A stretch of 32,000 nt of DNA, from contig OZ257143.1 of NCBI GenBank assembly GCA_965279305.1, positions 600,001 through 632,000 of the forward strand, in the 5' to 3' direction. The notes beneath the pieces are model-generated. The model was given only the letters and a program-made list of their open reading frames with translations, did no database searches and was not told the DNA's origin. Of the stretch, positions 10,008 through 18,628 are shown piece by piece. Every line of letters starts with the position of its first letter. The stretch's first letter is position 1. Origin of the DNA: Gammaproteobacteria bacterium (lineage in GTDB: Bacteria; Pseudomonadota; Gammaproteobacteria; JBIOEC01). The position numbers and the translations under genes are program-made.

Positions 10008-10321
10008 GATTTATTCTCTATCAGTTTATGGGTGGCCACAATAACCAGGTCTTTGTTGACCAAGGACTCTTGATGTTGCCTAAAGTATTCTCGTATTTGC
10101 CGTTTGATGAAGTTTCGCGTACTGGCTTTTTTGAAATGCTTTTTGGCCGCAACAACCCCTAAACGTGAGTAGCCTAACGAGTTTTCACGATAATAAACTA
10201 CTATGCCACGGTAATACAGCTTTTTTTGATATTCAAATACGTGCTGAAACTCATGCGGGTTTAGCAGACGCTTGTTTTTTGGGAAGCTATTATTGGGGTT
10301 TAGCACAACTGTTGGGTGCAC
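9950..10321 (-). CDS. rnpA: ribonuclease P protein component RnpA
   Basis: 123-aa basic protein with FPKNKRLLNPHEFQHVF and the RNR-type block TRNFIKRQIRE. It lies 8 nt downstream of rpmH. Confidence 0.9.
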   Translation of the reverse strand: MHPTVVLNPNNSFPKNKRLLNPHEFQHVFEYQKKLYYRGIVVYYRENSLGYSRLGVVAAKKHFKKASTRNFIKRQIREYFRQHQESLVNKDLVIVATHKLIENKSWSIPPLLSELWSRLADVA

Positions 10322-10329
10322 AACTACCT

Positions 10330-10476
10330 TTAGCGGCCATCGGCCACGGTAAGCTGTTTGCGTCCTTTTTTACGTCTAGCGCTTAGGATTTTGCGGCCGT
10401 TATGAGTTTTCATACGGGCACGAAAGCCATGGGTACGTTTGCGTTTTAGTTTGCTGGGTTGGTATGTTCTTTTCAT
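10330..10476 (-). CDS. rpmH: 50S ribosomal protein L34
   Basis: Below the ORF-track size cut-off. Hand translation of the minus strand from ATG 10476 gives [48 protein letters not shown], a clear match to the L34 consensus (MKRTxQPS..KR.R.HGFRARM). Confidence 0.93.
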   Translation of the reverse strand: MKRTYQPSKLKRKRTHGFRARMKTHNGRKILSARRKKGRKQLTVADGR

Positions 10477-10514
10477 GTTGTAAACCGTTACTGTTGCTTT
10501 ACTGCAGGTAGGGT

Positions 10515-10543
10515 ATGGTACTGGGTTGGAGGATGAAAGTCAA
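10515..10543 (-). promoter_or_regulatory. candidate sigma70 promoter for rpmH-rnpA-yidD-yidC
   Basis: The minus strand reads TTGACT-N17-TACCAT, with -35 at 10543-10538 and -10 at 10520-15. That is about 40 nt upstream of the rpmH ATG. Pattern match only. Confidence 0.3.
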
Positions 10544-10564
10544 ACATTGTCCTCGGTGTAGGGA

Positions 10565-10618
10565 GTGGTATGGCCTTGAGGCTTATCAAAGACGCCGAAA
10601 ATACATCTTCTAGGGTTA
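10565..10618. repeat. degenerate half-copy of the 112-bp arm-core-arm element
   Basis: ...tggccttgaggcttatcaaagacgccgaaaatacatcttctaggg aligns by eye with tgccacggtctttatccaagacgccgcaagtacgtccctgtaggc, the left arm and first half of the core of the adjacent full copy. Confidence 0.45.
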
Positions 10619-10730
10619 GTGATGCGTGTGCCACGGTCTTTATCCAAGACGCCGCAAGTACGTCCCTGTAGGCTCAGCTTCGGCATCCCTGCCTCAGATG
10701 CTTGGATAACGACCATGGCACATGCATCAC
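10619..10730 (-). repeat. 112-bp palindromic element (30-bp arm / 52-nt core / 30-bp arm), copy A
   Basis: 10619-10648 (gtgatgcgtgtgccacggtctttatccaag) pairs with 10701-10730 (cttggataacgaccatggcacatgcatcac) at 27 of 30 positions. The reverse-complemented 52-nt core differs from the core at 21688-21739 at 6 positions. A further 6 bp of pairing (10612-10617 with 10731-10736) lies beyond a 1-nt bulge. Confidence 0.75.
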
Positions 10731-10740
10731 AACCCTCTTC

Positions 10741-11309
10741 ATGTTTAAATTTTTATGTTAAATTATTTTTTTATGGTTCAATATTTTTTTTGAAATTTAT
10801 TTTATGTTTTATTTATTTTGTTTAACACTATATGTAGTGGGTGTGAGAGGTTGGGGATACAGGTTGTTTCATAGAGATTGTTTTTTTGATTAAATAGTTT
10901 TGTTTGGGATGGTGATGTTAGGTGTGATGTGAAAAATATTTCTTCTTCGTCTTATTATTATATTTCTTTTTTTATGTCATTATAAGGGAGAGCAGTTTTT
11001 GTGGGTAAGTAAAAAAAATGTTTTTAATTTCAAACAAATGGAATAGAATGGACACCCCTGATATGATGTGGATATGTTATGTGAAGGTGTGCATAACTCA
11101 GGATAACTTTTTTTAAGGAGATGAAGTAGCAGTTTTAAACATGGATGTTTTAAGGTTGAGATGATGTTATACACAGCTTGCTAGTCGCTGGTTGATCAGA
11201 CACAATACGATTACCCGTTAGATGTTTGGCAGTTCACGTAGATTTCAGTTTCTAAAGATAGGTAACTGAAATTATTTCAACAATTAATAATGATAAGGTT
11301 TGAACTGTA
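10741..11309. other. putative chromosomal replication origin (oriC) and dnaA upstream region
   Basis: A very AT-rich tract (10741-10830) carries three TTTTATG(T/G)T repeats at 10751, 10769 and 10800. DnaA-box-like 9-mers follow, given as the TTATNCACA-strand reading. They are TTTTTCACA (10928-36), TTACCCACA (11000-08), ATATCCACA (11067-75), TTATGCACA (11088-96) and TTATACACA (11167-75). The region sits in the classic rpmH/dnaA intergenic position. Confidence 0.5.
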
Positions 11310-12707
11310 ATGGAATTACTGACCGTTTGGCATCAATGTGCTGACCGTTTGCAAAATGAAATGTCAGCGCAAGAATTTAATACGTGGATCCGCCCTCTGC
11401 AAGTTGAAGCACGCGATAATGCGTTAGTGTTGTTAGCGCCTAATCAATTTGTTTTAGGATGGGTGCGAGATAAGTACATGACTATTATCCAGCAATTGTT
11501 GGGAATAGTTTTACCTAAAGATTCTCCTTTGTTAATGTTAGAAGTAGGAACATTAGGTACAAAGCGCTTTGTACCTGATGCTGTGCAGAGCCCTACTCTT
11601 TCTAGCTCAAATCCTACATTTCAACGCGAACAACCTATTAATGTTAAATCGGATATTGTTATTAAAGATAATCCGATCATGTCGCATCAAAGTTTTTTAA
11701 ATCCTGCATTTACTTTTGATTCTTTTGTTGAAGGTAAGTCAAATCAATTAGCTCGTGCTGCTTCTATACAAGTAGCAGAAAATCCTGGTGGCGCTTATAA
11801 TCCTTTGTTTTTATATGGCGGTGTTGGTTTGGGTAAAACCCATTTAATGCATGCTATTGGTAATTTGATTTTTCAACGAAACCCAAAAGCGAAAGTGGTT
11901 TATTTACATTCTGAAAAGTTTGTAGCCGATATGGTAAAAGCATTACAAAGCAATATGATTAATGAATTTAAAAACTTTTATCGCTCAGTGGATGCTTTAC
12001 TGATTGATGATATTCAATTTTTTGCGGGCAAAGAACGTTCGCAAGAAGAATTTTTTCATACCTTTAATGCCCTACTAGAAGGACAGCAACAAGTTATTTT
12101 AACTTGTGATCGTTATCCTAAAGAAATAGATGGCGTGGAAGAACGTTTGAAATCTCGTTTTGGTTGGGGGTTAACGGTTGCTGTAGAGCCACCTGAGCTT
12201 GAAACTCGCGTCGCTATTTTAATGAGTAAAGCCGAGCAGCATCACGTGGCTATTACGAATGAAGTGGCTTTCTTTATTGCCAAAAAGTTACGCACTAATG
12301 TGAGAGAATTAGAAGGTGCCTTAAAACGATTGTTTGCTCATGCACATTTTGCTAACAGAGAAATCACCGTTGAGTTTGCGCGTGAGGCCTTAAAAGACTT
12401 ATTGGCATTACAAGATAAATTGGTTACTATCGATAATATTCAAAAGACAACTGCTGAATATTATAAAATTAAAATGGCTGACTTGTTATCTAAGCGAAGA
12501 AGTCGCTCTATTGCTAGACCTAGACAAATGGCGATGACTTTGGCTAAAGAGCTAACAAACCATAGCTTGCCGGAAATTGGCGATGCTTTTGGCGGACGTG
12601 ATCACACCACCGTGCTTCACGCTTGCCGAATTATCAATCAATTAAAAACGATCGATATAGATGTACAAGAAGACTGGGTCAATTTATTACGGGTATTATC
12701 GACTTAA
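11310..12707 (+). CDS. dnaA: chromosomal replication initiator protein DnaA
   Basis: 465 aa with Walker [11 protein letters not shown], Walker [10 protein letters not shown] and the C-terminal DNA-binding region ([13 protein letters not shown]...[11 protein letters not shown]). Confidence 0.98.
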   Translation: MELLTVWHQCADRLQNEMSAQEFNTWIRPLQVEARDNALVLLAPNQFVLGWVRDKYMTIIQQLLGIVLPKDSPLLMLEVGTLGTKRFVPDAVQSPTLSSSNPTFQREQPINVKSDIVIKDNPIMSHQSFLNPAFTFDSFVEGKSNQLARAASIQVAENPGGAYNPLFLYGGVGLGKTHLMHAIGNLIFQRNPKAKVVYLHSEKFVADMVKALQSNMINEFKNFYRSVDALLIDDIQFFAGKERSQEEFFHTFNALLEGQQQVILTCDRYPKEIDGVEERLKSRFGWGLTVAVEPPELETRVAILMSKAEQHHVAITNEVAFFIAKKLRTNVRELEGALKRLFAHAHFANREITVEFAREALKDLLALQDKLVTIDNIQKTTAEYYKIKMADLLSKRRSRSIARPRQMAMTLAKELTNHSLPEIGDAFGGRDHTTVLHACRIINQLKTIDIDVQEDWVNLLRVLST

Positions 12708-12726
12708 TATAGTAAGGAAGTGATTT

Positions 12727-13890
12727 ATGAAATTGTCTATTCAACGAGAAGTTTTACTTAAACCATTACAGTTAGCAGCCAGTATCGCCGAAAGACGTCC
12801 TAGTCTGCCTATTCTGGCAAATGTCATGTTACACGCTAGCCCTGATAGTTTGACTATCATAGGTTCTGATAGTGAAATCGAATTAGTTGGGAAAATTCCT
12901 TTAGAAGAACGTGCCCATTCAGGCTCTATTACGGTTCCTGCGCGTAAGTTTTTAGATATTTGCAAAAGCTTGCCTGATCATTCTGTTTTAGAGCTGGAAT
13001 TAGTTCAGCCTACTACGGCCCATAAAACGGCTCCTATGGAAGAAACCGCGTTGATGCAGCAATTACAAATTCGCTGTGGCCGTAGCAAGTTTTTGCTTGC
13101 CACACTTCCTGCGGAAGATTTTCCTATTACTCTAGAATCTGCACCTACAGGACAGTTATCTATTCCCCAAGGTTTGTTGAGCGATTTGTTGAAGCAAACC
13201 TATTTTGCAATGGCACAACAAGATGTAAGACATTATTTAAATGGTGCTTTGTTTGAGTTAACACCTAACCAATTAACCGTGGTGGCAGCTGATGGACATC
13301 GTTTAGCATTAAGCCGTATTGCCATGGAATCAGAGCATCAAGCTCAATTAATTGTTCCTAGAAAAGCAGTATTGGAATTATTAAAATTATTAGATCATAC
13401 TAGCCAAGTGATGGCGGAGTTGGTGCTTTCTGATAATCAAATGCGAGTGATTACACCTGACTACGTGTTAACCACCAAAATTATTGATAGTAAATTTCCG
13501 GATTATAATCGTGTGATCCCTGTTAACGGCGATAAAATTATTGAATTAGATCGTGATGTGTTTAAACAAACATTAGCACGCACCTCTATTTTAGCGCATG
13601 AAAAACACAGAGGGATACGATTGGGGTTGCAATCGGATAATTTGCGCATTAGTACACATAATCCAGAACAAGAGCAAGCCGAAGAAGAGTTAGAAATTTC
13701 TTACGGCGGCGATGAGTTGGAAATTGGATTTAATGTCAGCTATTTAATTGATGTGTTAAATACTATTCCTTCTGGAAAAGTAGAATTAACCTTAATTGAT
13801 GGTAATAGTAGTGCTTTATTAAAAGGCCAAGATTCTGCCCAGCAATCTGGAATAGAATCACTTTACGTGGTAATGCCATTGCGTTTATAG
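12727..13890 (+). CDS. dnaN: DNA polymerase III beta sliding clamp DnaN
   Basis: 387 aa. It is collinear with DnaN, including LPIL.NV, RHYLNG, DGHRLA, KFPDYNRVIP, IGFNVSYL and the C-terminal VVMPLRL. It has about 16 extra residues in domain I relative to the E. coli protein as I recall it. Confidence 0.97.
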   Translation: MKLSIQREVLLKPLQLAASIAERRPSLPILANVMLHASPDSLTIIGSDSEIELVGKIPLEERAHSGSITVPARKFLDICKSLPDHSVLELELVQPTTAHKTAPMEETALMQQLQIRCGRSKFLLATLPAEDFPITLESAPTGQLSIPQGLLSDLLKQTYFAMAQQDVRHYLNGALFELTPNQLTVVAADGHRLALSRIAMESEHQAQLIVPRKAVLELLKLLDHTSQVMAELVLSDNQMRVITPDYVLTTKIIDSKFPDYNRVIPVNGDKIIELDRDVFKQTLARTSILAHEKHRGIRLGLQSDNLRISTHNPEQEQAEEELEISYGGDELEIGFNVSYLIDVLNTIPSGKVELTLIDGNSSALLKGQDSAQQSGIESLYVVMPLRL

Positions 13891-13894
13891 ATTA

Positions 13895-14632
13895 ATGAAA
13901 AGAATACTATTATTTTTTATTACCTTTATATTTATGAATACACTCGCTTCTGCTAAATTGCCGGATGGTTTTGTTTACGTTCATGACGTTGATCCCACTA
14001 TTATTATTAACATGAGTTATGCGCAAGAGCATAATTTTATTGGTAAACCGCTTTCAGGGTACAAAAAAAATGTAGCCATTTTGACGAAAGAAGCAGCGTT
14101 GGCATTAAGCAAAGTTCAACAAGCGGTAAAAAAAGATGGTTATACTCTTGTTATTTATGATGCGTACCGCCCACAAAAAACAGTGGATGAATTTGTGGTA
14201 TGGGGTAAAGATCATAACGATGATAAAATGAAACTTTATTATTATCCTGGTCTTGAAAAAGAAGATATTTTTAAACGTCAGTATGTGGCTGAAAAATCCA
14301 CCCATACTCGCGGCAGCACCGTGGATCTGACTCTTATTCCTATCGGCGATAAAGTAAAACCCATTACAGAAGAAAAAAGAAAATTAAATGATGGTTCTGA
14401 GGTTTATTATTTAAATGATGGCACTTTAGATATGGGAACCAGTTTTGATTTATTTGATAAAGCCTCGCATCCGGATTCCACACTTGTGGATGAAAAGTAT
14501 CAAGCTCGTAGACTTTACCTACAAGAAAAAATGGCGGAACAAGGGTTTATAGAGTATCCTTTTGAATGGTGGCATTTCACTTTGGGGAATGAACCATTTC
14601 CGGATACCTATTTTAACTTTGATGTGGAGTAA
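13895..14632 (+). CDS. D-alanyl-D-alanine dipeptidase (VanX/DdpX, peptidase M15D) with predicted signal peptide
   Basis: 245 aa. The zinc and catalytic blocks are YDAYRP, STHTRGSTVDLTL (SxHxxGxAxD-type) and EWWHFTL. The hydrophobic N-terminus MKRILLFFITFIFMNTLASA looks like a Sec signal. It starts 4 nt after the dnaN stop. Confidence 0.82.
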   Translation: MKRILLFFITFIFMNTLASAKLPDGFVYVHDVDPTIIINMSYAQEHNFIGKPLSGYKKNVAILTKEAALALSKVQQAVKKDGYTLVIYDAYRPQKTVDEFVVWGKDHNDDKMKLYYYPGLEKEDIFKRQYVAEKSTHTRGSTVDLTLIPIGDKVKPITEEKRKLNDGSEVYYLNDGTLDMGTSFDLFDKASHPDSTLVDEKYQARRLYLQEKMAEQGFIEYPFEWWHFTLGNEPFPDTYFNFDVE

Positions 14633-14635
14633 ACG

Positions 14636-15745
14636 ATGTCCCTCATTAAACAACTCACCTTGGGTTTGACTGCTATTCTTTCATTTAATATGGCATTTAA
14701 TGTTGCCCAAGCGGCCGATAAAGTGGTTCATGTATACAATTGGTCTGATTTTATTCCCCCCGATGTGTTAACCCGTTTTGAAAAAGACACAGGCATCAAA
14801 GTGGTTTACGATGTCTTTGATTCTAATGAAGTGTTAGAAACCAAATTATTTGCAGGCCACACGGGCTATGATGTGGTGGTGCCTTCTTCTTCCCCTTTCT
14901 TTGCTAGACAAATTCAAGCGGGCATTTATCAGCCTTTAGACAAAGCCAAGCTAACGAATTATAAAAACCTAGACACTGCTTTATTACAAAAATTAACCGT
15001 ATCAGATCCTGATAATAAATACGGCGTTCCTTATTTGTGGGGTACGGTAGGTATTGGTTATAACGTAGATAAAATAAAAGAGATCTTAGGCCCTGATGTG
15101 AAGCTGGATAGTTGGGATGTCTTATTTAAACCCGAAAATGCAGCCAAGCTTAAAGCGTGCGGCATATCCATGCTGGATTCTTCGGGCGTACTTTCTTTAG
15201 CTTTGGCCTACTTAGGCAAAGACCCTAATAGCACCAATGCACAGGATTACCAAGAAGATGCTAAAAAAGTGCTGATGGATATACGCCCTTATATTACTTA
15301 TTTTCACTCTTCTCAATATATTAACGATTTAGCCAATGGCGATATTTGTATTGCCTTGGGCTGGTCTGGCGATGTGATGCAAGCGTCTAAGCGTGCCAAG
15401 GAAAGTGGCAAAGGGATAAAAATAGAATATATGATCCCTAAAGAAGGTTCGGAAATATTTTTTGATATGATGGCAATTCCAAAAGACTCCAAAAATGTAG
15501 ATAATGCACTGGCCTTTATTAATTATATGATGAGCGCTGAAGTAGCTGCTGAGGCTACTAATTATCTGGGGTATGCTAATGCAAACTCGGCCTCTAACCC
15601 TTTTATTAATCAAAGTATTTTAAATAACCCAGGCATTTACCCTTCTTCTGCAATGGATAGTAAGTTATTTGTTTTAAAAGTAATGCCTCCCAATATTGAT
15701 AGAATAATGACCCGCACCTGGATCACGATAAAAACTGGACATTAA
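14636..15745 (+). CDS. potF: putrescine/polyamine ABC transporter substrate-binding protein (PotF/PotD family), paralogue 1
   Basis: 369 aa with a signal peptide (...FNVAQAADK). PotF-type blocks are YNWSDFIPPDVL..FEK.TGIKV.YD.FDSNE, PYLWGT.GIGYN and NDLANGDIC...WSGD. Confidence 0.86.
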   Translation: MSLIKQLTLGLTAILSFNMAFNVAQAADKVVHVYNWSDFIPPDVLTRFEKDTGIKVVYDVFDSNEVLETKLFAGHTGYDVVVPSSSPFFARQIQAGIYQPLDKAKLTNYKNLDTALLQKLTVSDPDNKYGVPYLWGTVGIGYNVDKIKEILGPDVKLDSWDVLFKPENAAKLKACGISMLDSSGVLSLALAYLGKDPNSTNAQDYQEDAKKVLMDIRPYITYFHSSQYINDLANGDICIALGWSGDVMQASKRAKESGKGIKIEYMIPKEGSEIFFDMMAIPKDSKNVDNALAFINYMMSAEVAAEATNYLGYANANSASNPFINQSILNNPGIYPSSAMDSKLFVLKVMPPNIDRIMTRTWITIKTGH

Positions 15746-15746
15746 A

Positions 15747-16853
15747 ATGAACATTTATAAAAATGCTTTTATTGGGCTTGTTTTTTTTCCTCTATCGGTA
15801 ATGGCTGCAGATGCCGCTACAGAAGAAAAAATATTAAATATTTATAATTGGGCGGATTATATTCCTGCTGATGTGTTGGAAGGCTTTGAAAAAGAAACTG
15901 GAATAAAAGTGAACTATGATACTTTTGATTCTAACGAAATTATGGAATCCAAAATATTAGCAGGCACTAGCGGATACGATTTGGTGGTCCCCACTGATAC
16001 GCCTTTTTTAAAACGTCAAATTGATGCAGGTATTTATCAAACACTAGATAAAACGTTGCTATCGAATTATAAAAATTTAGATGAAGCTTTATTAAAACAA
16101 TTACCTAAAACCGATCCTAAACATGAATATTCTATTCCTTATTTATGGGGTACCTTAGGTATTGGTTACAATGTTGAAAAAGTAAAAAAAGCATTAGGCG
16201 ATGATTTTCCTAAAGATAGCTGGGAGTTGTTTTTTAATCCTAAATATCTTTCTAAATTAAAAGACTGTGGTGTAGGTGTCACGGATTCTGGAACATTTAT
16301 GTTGTCAGTTACTTTACGATATCAAGGAAGAGATCCTAATAGCACAGATGTAAGAGATTATTACGCAGCCAAAATGTTATGGAAAGATATGCGCCCTTCT
16401 ATTCGTTATTTTAGTAATAGCCAACATATTAATGATTTAGCCAATGGTGATATTTGTTTATCTGTAACATGGTCCGGTGATGTGATGATGGCTAAAGAAC
16501 GAGCGAAAGAAGCTAAGAACGGACAAGTGATTGAATATATTATTCCTAAAGAAGGCACGTTTGTTGGGTTTGATAATTTTGCTATTCCTAAAGATGCTAA
16601 GCATGTAAAAGAAGCGCATCTATTTATTGATTATATGTTGCGTGCTGAATCAGCAGCGAGAGCTTCTAATGAATTGGGATATCCTAATGCGAATAAAGCA
16701 TCCTATGATTTATTAGATAAAGACTTAAGGACAGATCCGAATGTTTATCCCCCTGCAATTGTTATGAAAAAATTCTATGCTTTAGATCCGGTGGGGCCTG
16801 TTGCAGAGCGCGCTCGCACTCGACTCTGGACTTCTATCACGGCTGGCCGCTAA
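15747..16853 (+). CDS. potF: putrescine/polyamine ABC transporter substrate-binding protein (PotF/PotD family), paralogue 2
   Basis: 368 aa with a signal peptide (...LSVMAADA). It shows the same conserved blocks as paralogue 1, with roughly half the positions identical by eye. It starts 1 nt after the paralogue 1 stop. Confidence 0.86.
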   Translation: MNIYKNAFIGLVFFPLSVMAADAATEEKILNIYNWADYIPADVLEGFEKETGIKVNYDTFDSNEIMESKILAGTSGYDLVVPTDTPFLKRQIDAGIYQTLDKTLLSNYKNLDEALLKQLPKTDPKHEYSIPYLWGTLGIGYNVEKVKKALGDDFPKDSWELFFNPKYLSKLKDCGVGVTDSGTFMLSVTLRYQGRDPNSTDVRDYYAAKMLWKDMRPSIRYFSNSQHINDLANGDICLSVTWSGDVMMAKERAKEAKNGQVIEYIIPKEGTFVGFDNFAIPKDAKHVKEAHLFIDYMLRAESAARASNELGYPNANKASYDLLDKDLRTDPNVYPPAIVMKKFYALDPVGPVAERARTRLWTSITAGR

Positions 16854-16895
16854 AACATTCCGTCATTGCGAGGCCGCTTCGGCCGTGGCATCCAT

Positions 16896-17723
16896 TTAAA
16901 GATCTTTATTTTCTTTTTGGCGACGTTTATCGTTACGAATAGTCATTAAAGTAGCGAGGATACCAATAGTGGTTACGATGGCAATCATCACACTGGCCAG
17001 CGCGTTAATTTTAGGGTTAACACCTAAACGCACGCTAGAATAAATCTGCATAGGCAACGTGGTTGAGCTAGGGCCCGCCACAAAGCTAGAAATGACCAAG
17101 TCATCTATTGATAAAGTAAACGCTAGTAACCAGCCGGATATTAATGCCGGAGCGATAATGGGTAACGTAATGACAAAAAACACTTTCATTGGTGTCGCCC
17201 CTAAATCCATGGCAGCCTGCTCTAATGACTCATCCATTTCACGTAATCGTGATGAAACAATAATAGCTACGTAAGACGTGGTAAAAGTAACATGGGCAAT
17301 CCATAGTGTTAGCATGCCTCGCCCTTCTGGAAACCCTATCATTTCCTGCGAGGCTACAAATAAGAGTAATAACGATAAACCGGTTATCACTTCTGGCATT
17401 ACCAAGGGAATACTCATTAGGGCTGAGAAAAGAGTTTTACCTTTAAACTTTCCTAAACGGGTAAGGATTAACCCCACTGCTGTTCCTAGGCCTACTGCGG
17501 CAGTAGCACTAAAGATAGCAATTCGTAAACTCACCCAAGCAGCAGATAACAATGCTTTGTCATTTAATAGTTCTTGATACCAAATAGTAGAAAAACCAGA
17601 CCATACGGTGACTAGTTTTGATTCATTAAAGGAATAAACGATTAAGATAGCGATAGGAATATACAAAAAAGCATATCCAAAAGCTAAAGCTGAAAAGAGA
17701 AAGCGCGAGCGTTTAGGCGTCAT
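16896..17723 (-). CDS. potI: polyamine ABC transporter permease PotI
   Basis: Multi-TM permease with the EAA-type loop EQAAMDLGATPMKVFFVITLPIIAP. I place the start at ATG 17723 (MTPKRSRF...), which overlaps the potH stop as ATGA. The track ORF's 35-codon extension runs inside potH. Confidence 0.86.
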   Translation of the reverse strand: MTPKRSRFLFSALAFGYAFLYIPIAILIVYSFNESKLVTVWSGFSTIWYQELLNDKALLSAAWVSLRIAIFSATAAVGLGTAVGLILTRLGKFKGKTLFSALMSIPLVMPEVITGLSLLLLFVASQEMIGFPEGRGMLTLWIAHVTFTTSYVAIIVSSRLREMDESLEQAAMDLGATPMKVFFVITLPIIAPALISGWLLAFTLSIDDLVISSFVAGPSSTTLPMQIYSSVRLGVNPKINALASVMIAIVTTIGILATLMTIRNDKRRQKENKDL

Positions 17724-18628
17724 GAGCGTTCCTCTTCTATCGATTTGTTTTGGTAATAAGTAAATAAGAGAATGGGGATCATCAACATAATGACCATTAC
17801 CACGGCAACGGCTGATGCCACAGGCCAATCACGATTATTAAAAAATTCTTGCCATAATACTTTACCAATCATCAAGGTATCGGGGCCGCCTAATAAATCA
17901 GGGATCACAAATTCACCCACGGCAGGAATAAAAACTAACATGGCGCCTGCAATAATACCTGCTTTAGATAAAGGAATGGTAATGCTCCAAAAAGCTTTCC
18001 ATGGGCGCGCCCCTAAATCCATGGCGGCATCTAGCAAACCATAATCAATTTTGACGAGAATGGCATAAAGAGGCAATATCATAAAAGGTAAGTAACCATA
18101 AACAATTCCTAAATACACTGCAAAATCGGTGTGCAATAAAGCAAGAGGTTGATCGATAATTCCAAGGCTCATGAGTAATTGATTAAGCATGCCATTATTT
18201 TTTAAAATTCCCATCCAGGCATAAATACGAATTAAAAAAGAAGTCCATGATGGCAATACGACTAACATTAATAAAAAATGGCGAAGAGGTGTTGGTGTGC
18301 GAGCAATGGCATATGCCATTGGATAACCGATTAATAAACAGAGTATAGTAGAAATAAATGCAATTTTTAGAGAGCTTAAATAAGCAGCAGCATATAAAGC
18401 ATCAGTAAATAAAAAAAGATAATTGGCAAAGCTGGCAGTGATATGTAAGCTGCCATTCGCCCAATGAAATAAATTGGTATAAGGCGGAATGGAAACGGCC
18501 ATTTGGCTGAAGCTAATTTTGAATACAATTAATAGCGGAATAACCAGGAAAAAAATAAACCACAAAACCGTCAGTGATATAAGAAGAGAATGATTAGAGC
18601 GAAACAGTGAGTTTAGATACTGTTTCAT
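17720..18628 (-). CDS. potH: polyamine ABC transporter permease PotH
   Basis: 302-aa multi-TM permease with the EAA loop DAAMDLGARPWKAFWSITIPLSK. Its ATGA start overlaps the potG stop. Confidence 0.88.
   Translation of the reverse strand: MKQYLNSLFRSNHSLLISLTVLWFIFFLVIPLLIVFKISFSQMAVSIPPYTNLFHWANGSLHITASFANYLFLFTDALYAAAYLSSLKIAFISTILCLLIGYPMAYAIARTPTPLRHFLLMLVVLPSWTSFLIRIYAWMGILKNNGMLNQLLMSLGIIDQPLALLHTDFAVYLGIVYGYLPFMILPLYAILVKIDYGLLDAAMDLGARPWKAFWSITIPLSKAGIIAGAMLVFIPAVGEFVIPDLLGGPDTLMIGKVLWQEFFNNRDWPVASAVAVVMVIMLMIPILLFTYYQNKSIEEERS

Noticed and set aside
10619-11174. ORFs 10619-10825 (+) and 10980-11174 (-) in the rpmH-dnaA spacer
   Set aside because: The first starts inside repeat copy A and runs through the AT-rich tract. 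The second spans the DnaA-box cluster. Both have implausible, Phe/Leu/Ile/Lys-dominated sequences typical of translated AT-rich non-coding DNA.
16854-16895. Short GC hairpin (ggccg-ctt-cggcc, 16872-16884) between the convergent potF2 and potI genes, considered as a bidirectional terminator and as a relic of the 112-bp element (shared gcttcggc...catcc)
   Set aside because: It has only a 5-bp stem and no U-tract on either strand. The similarity to the repeat core is limited to an 8-mer. I could not support either call.
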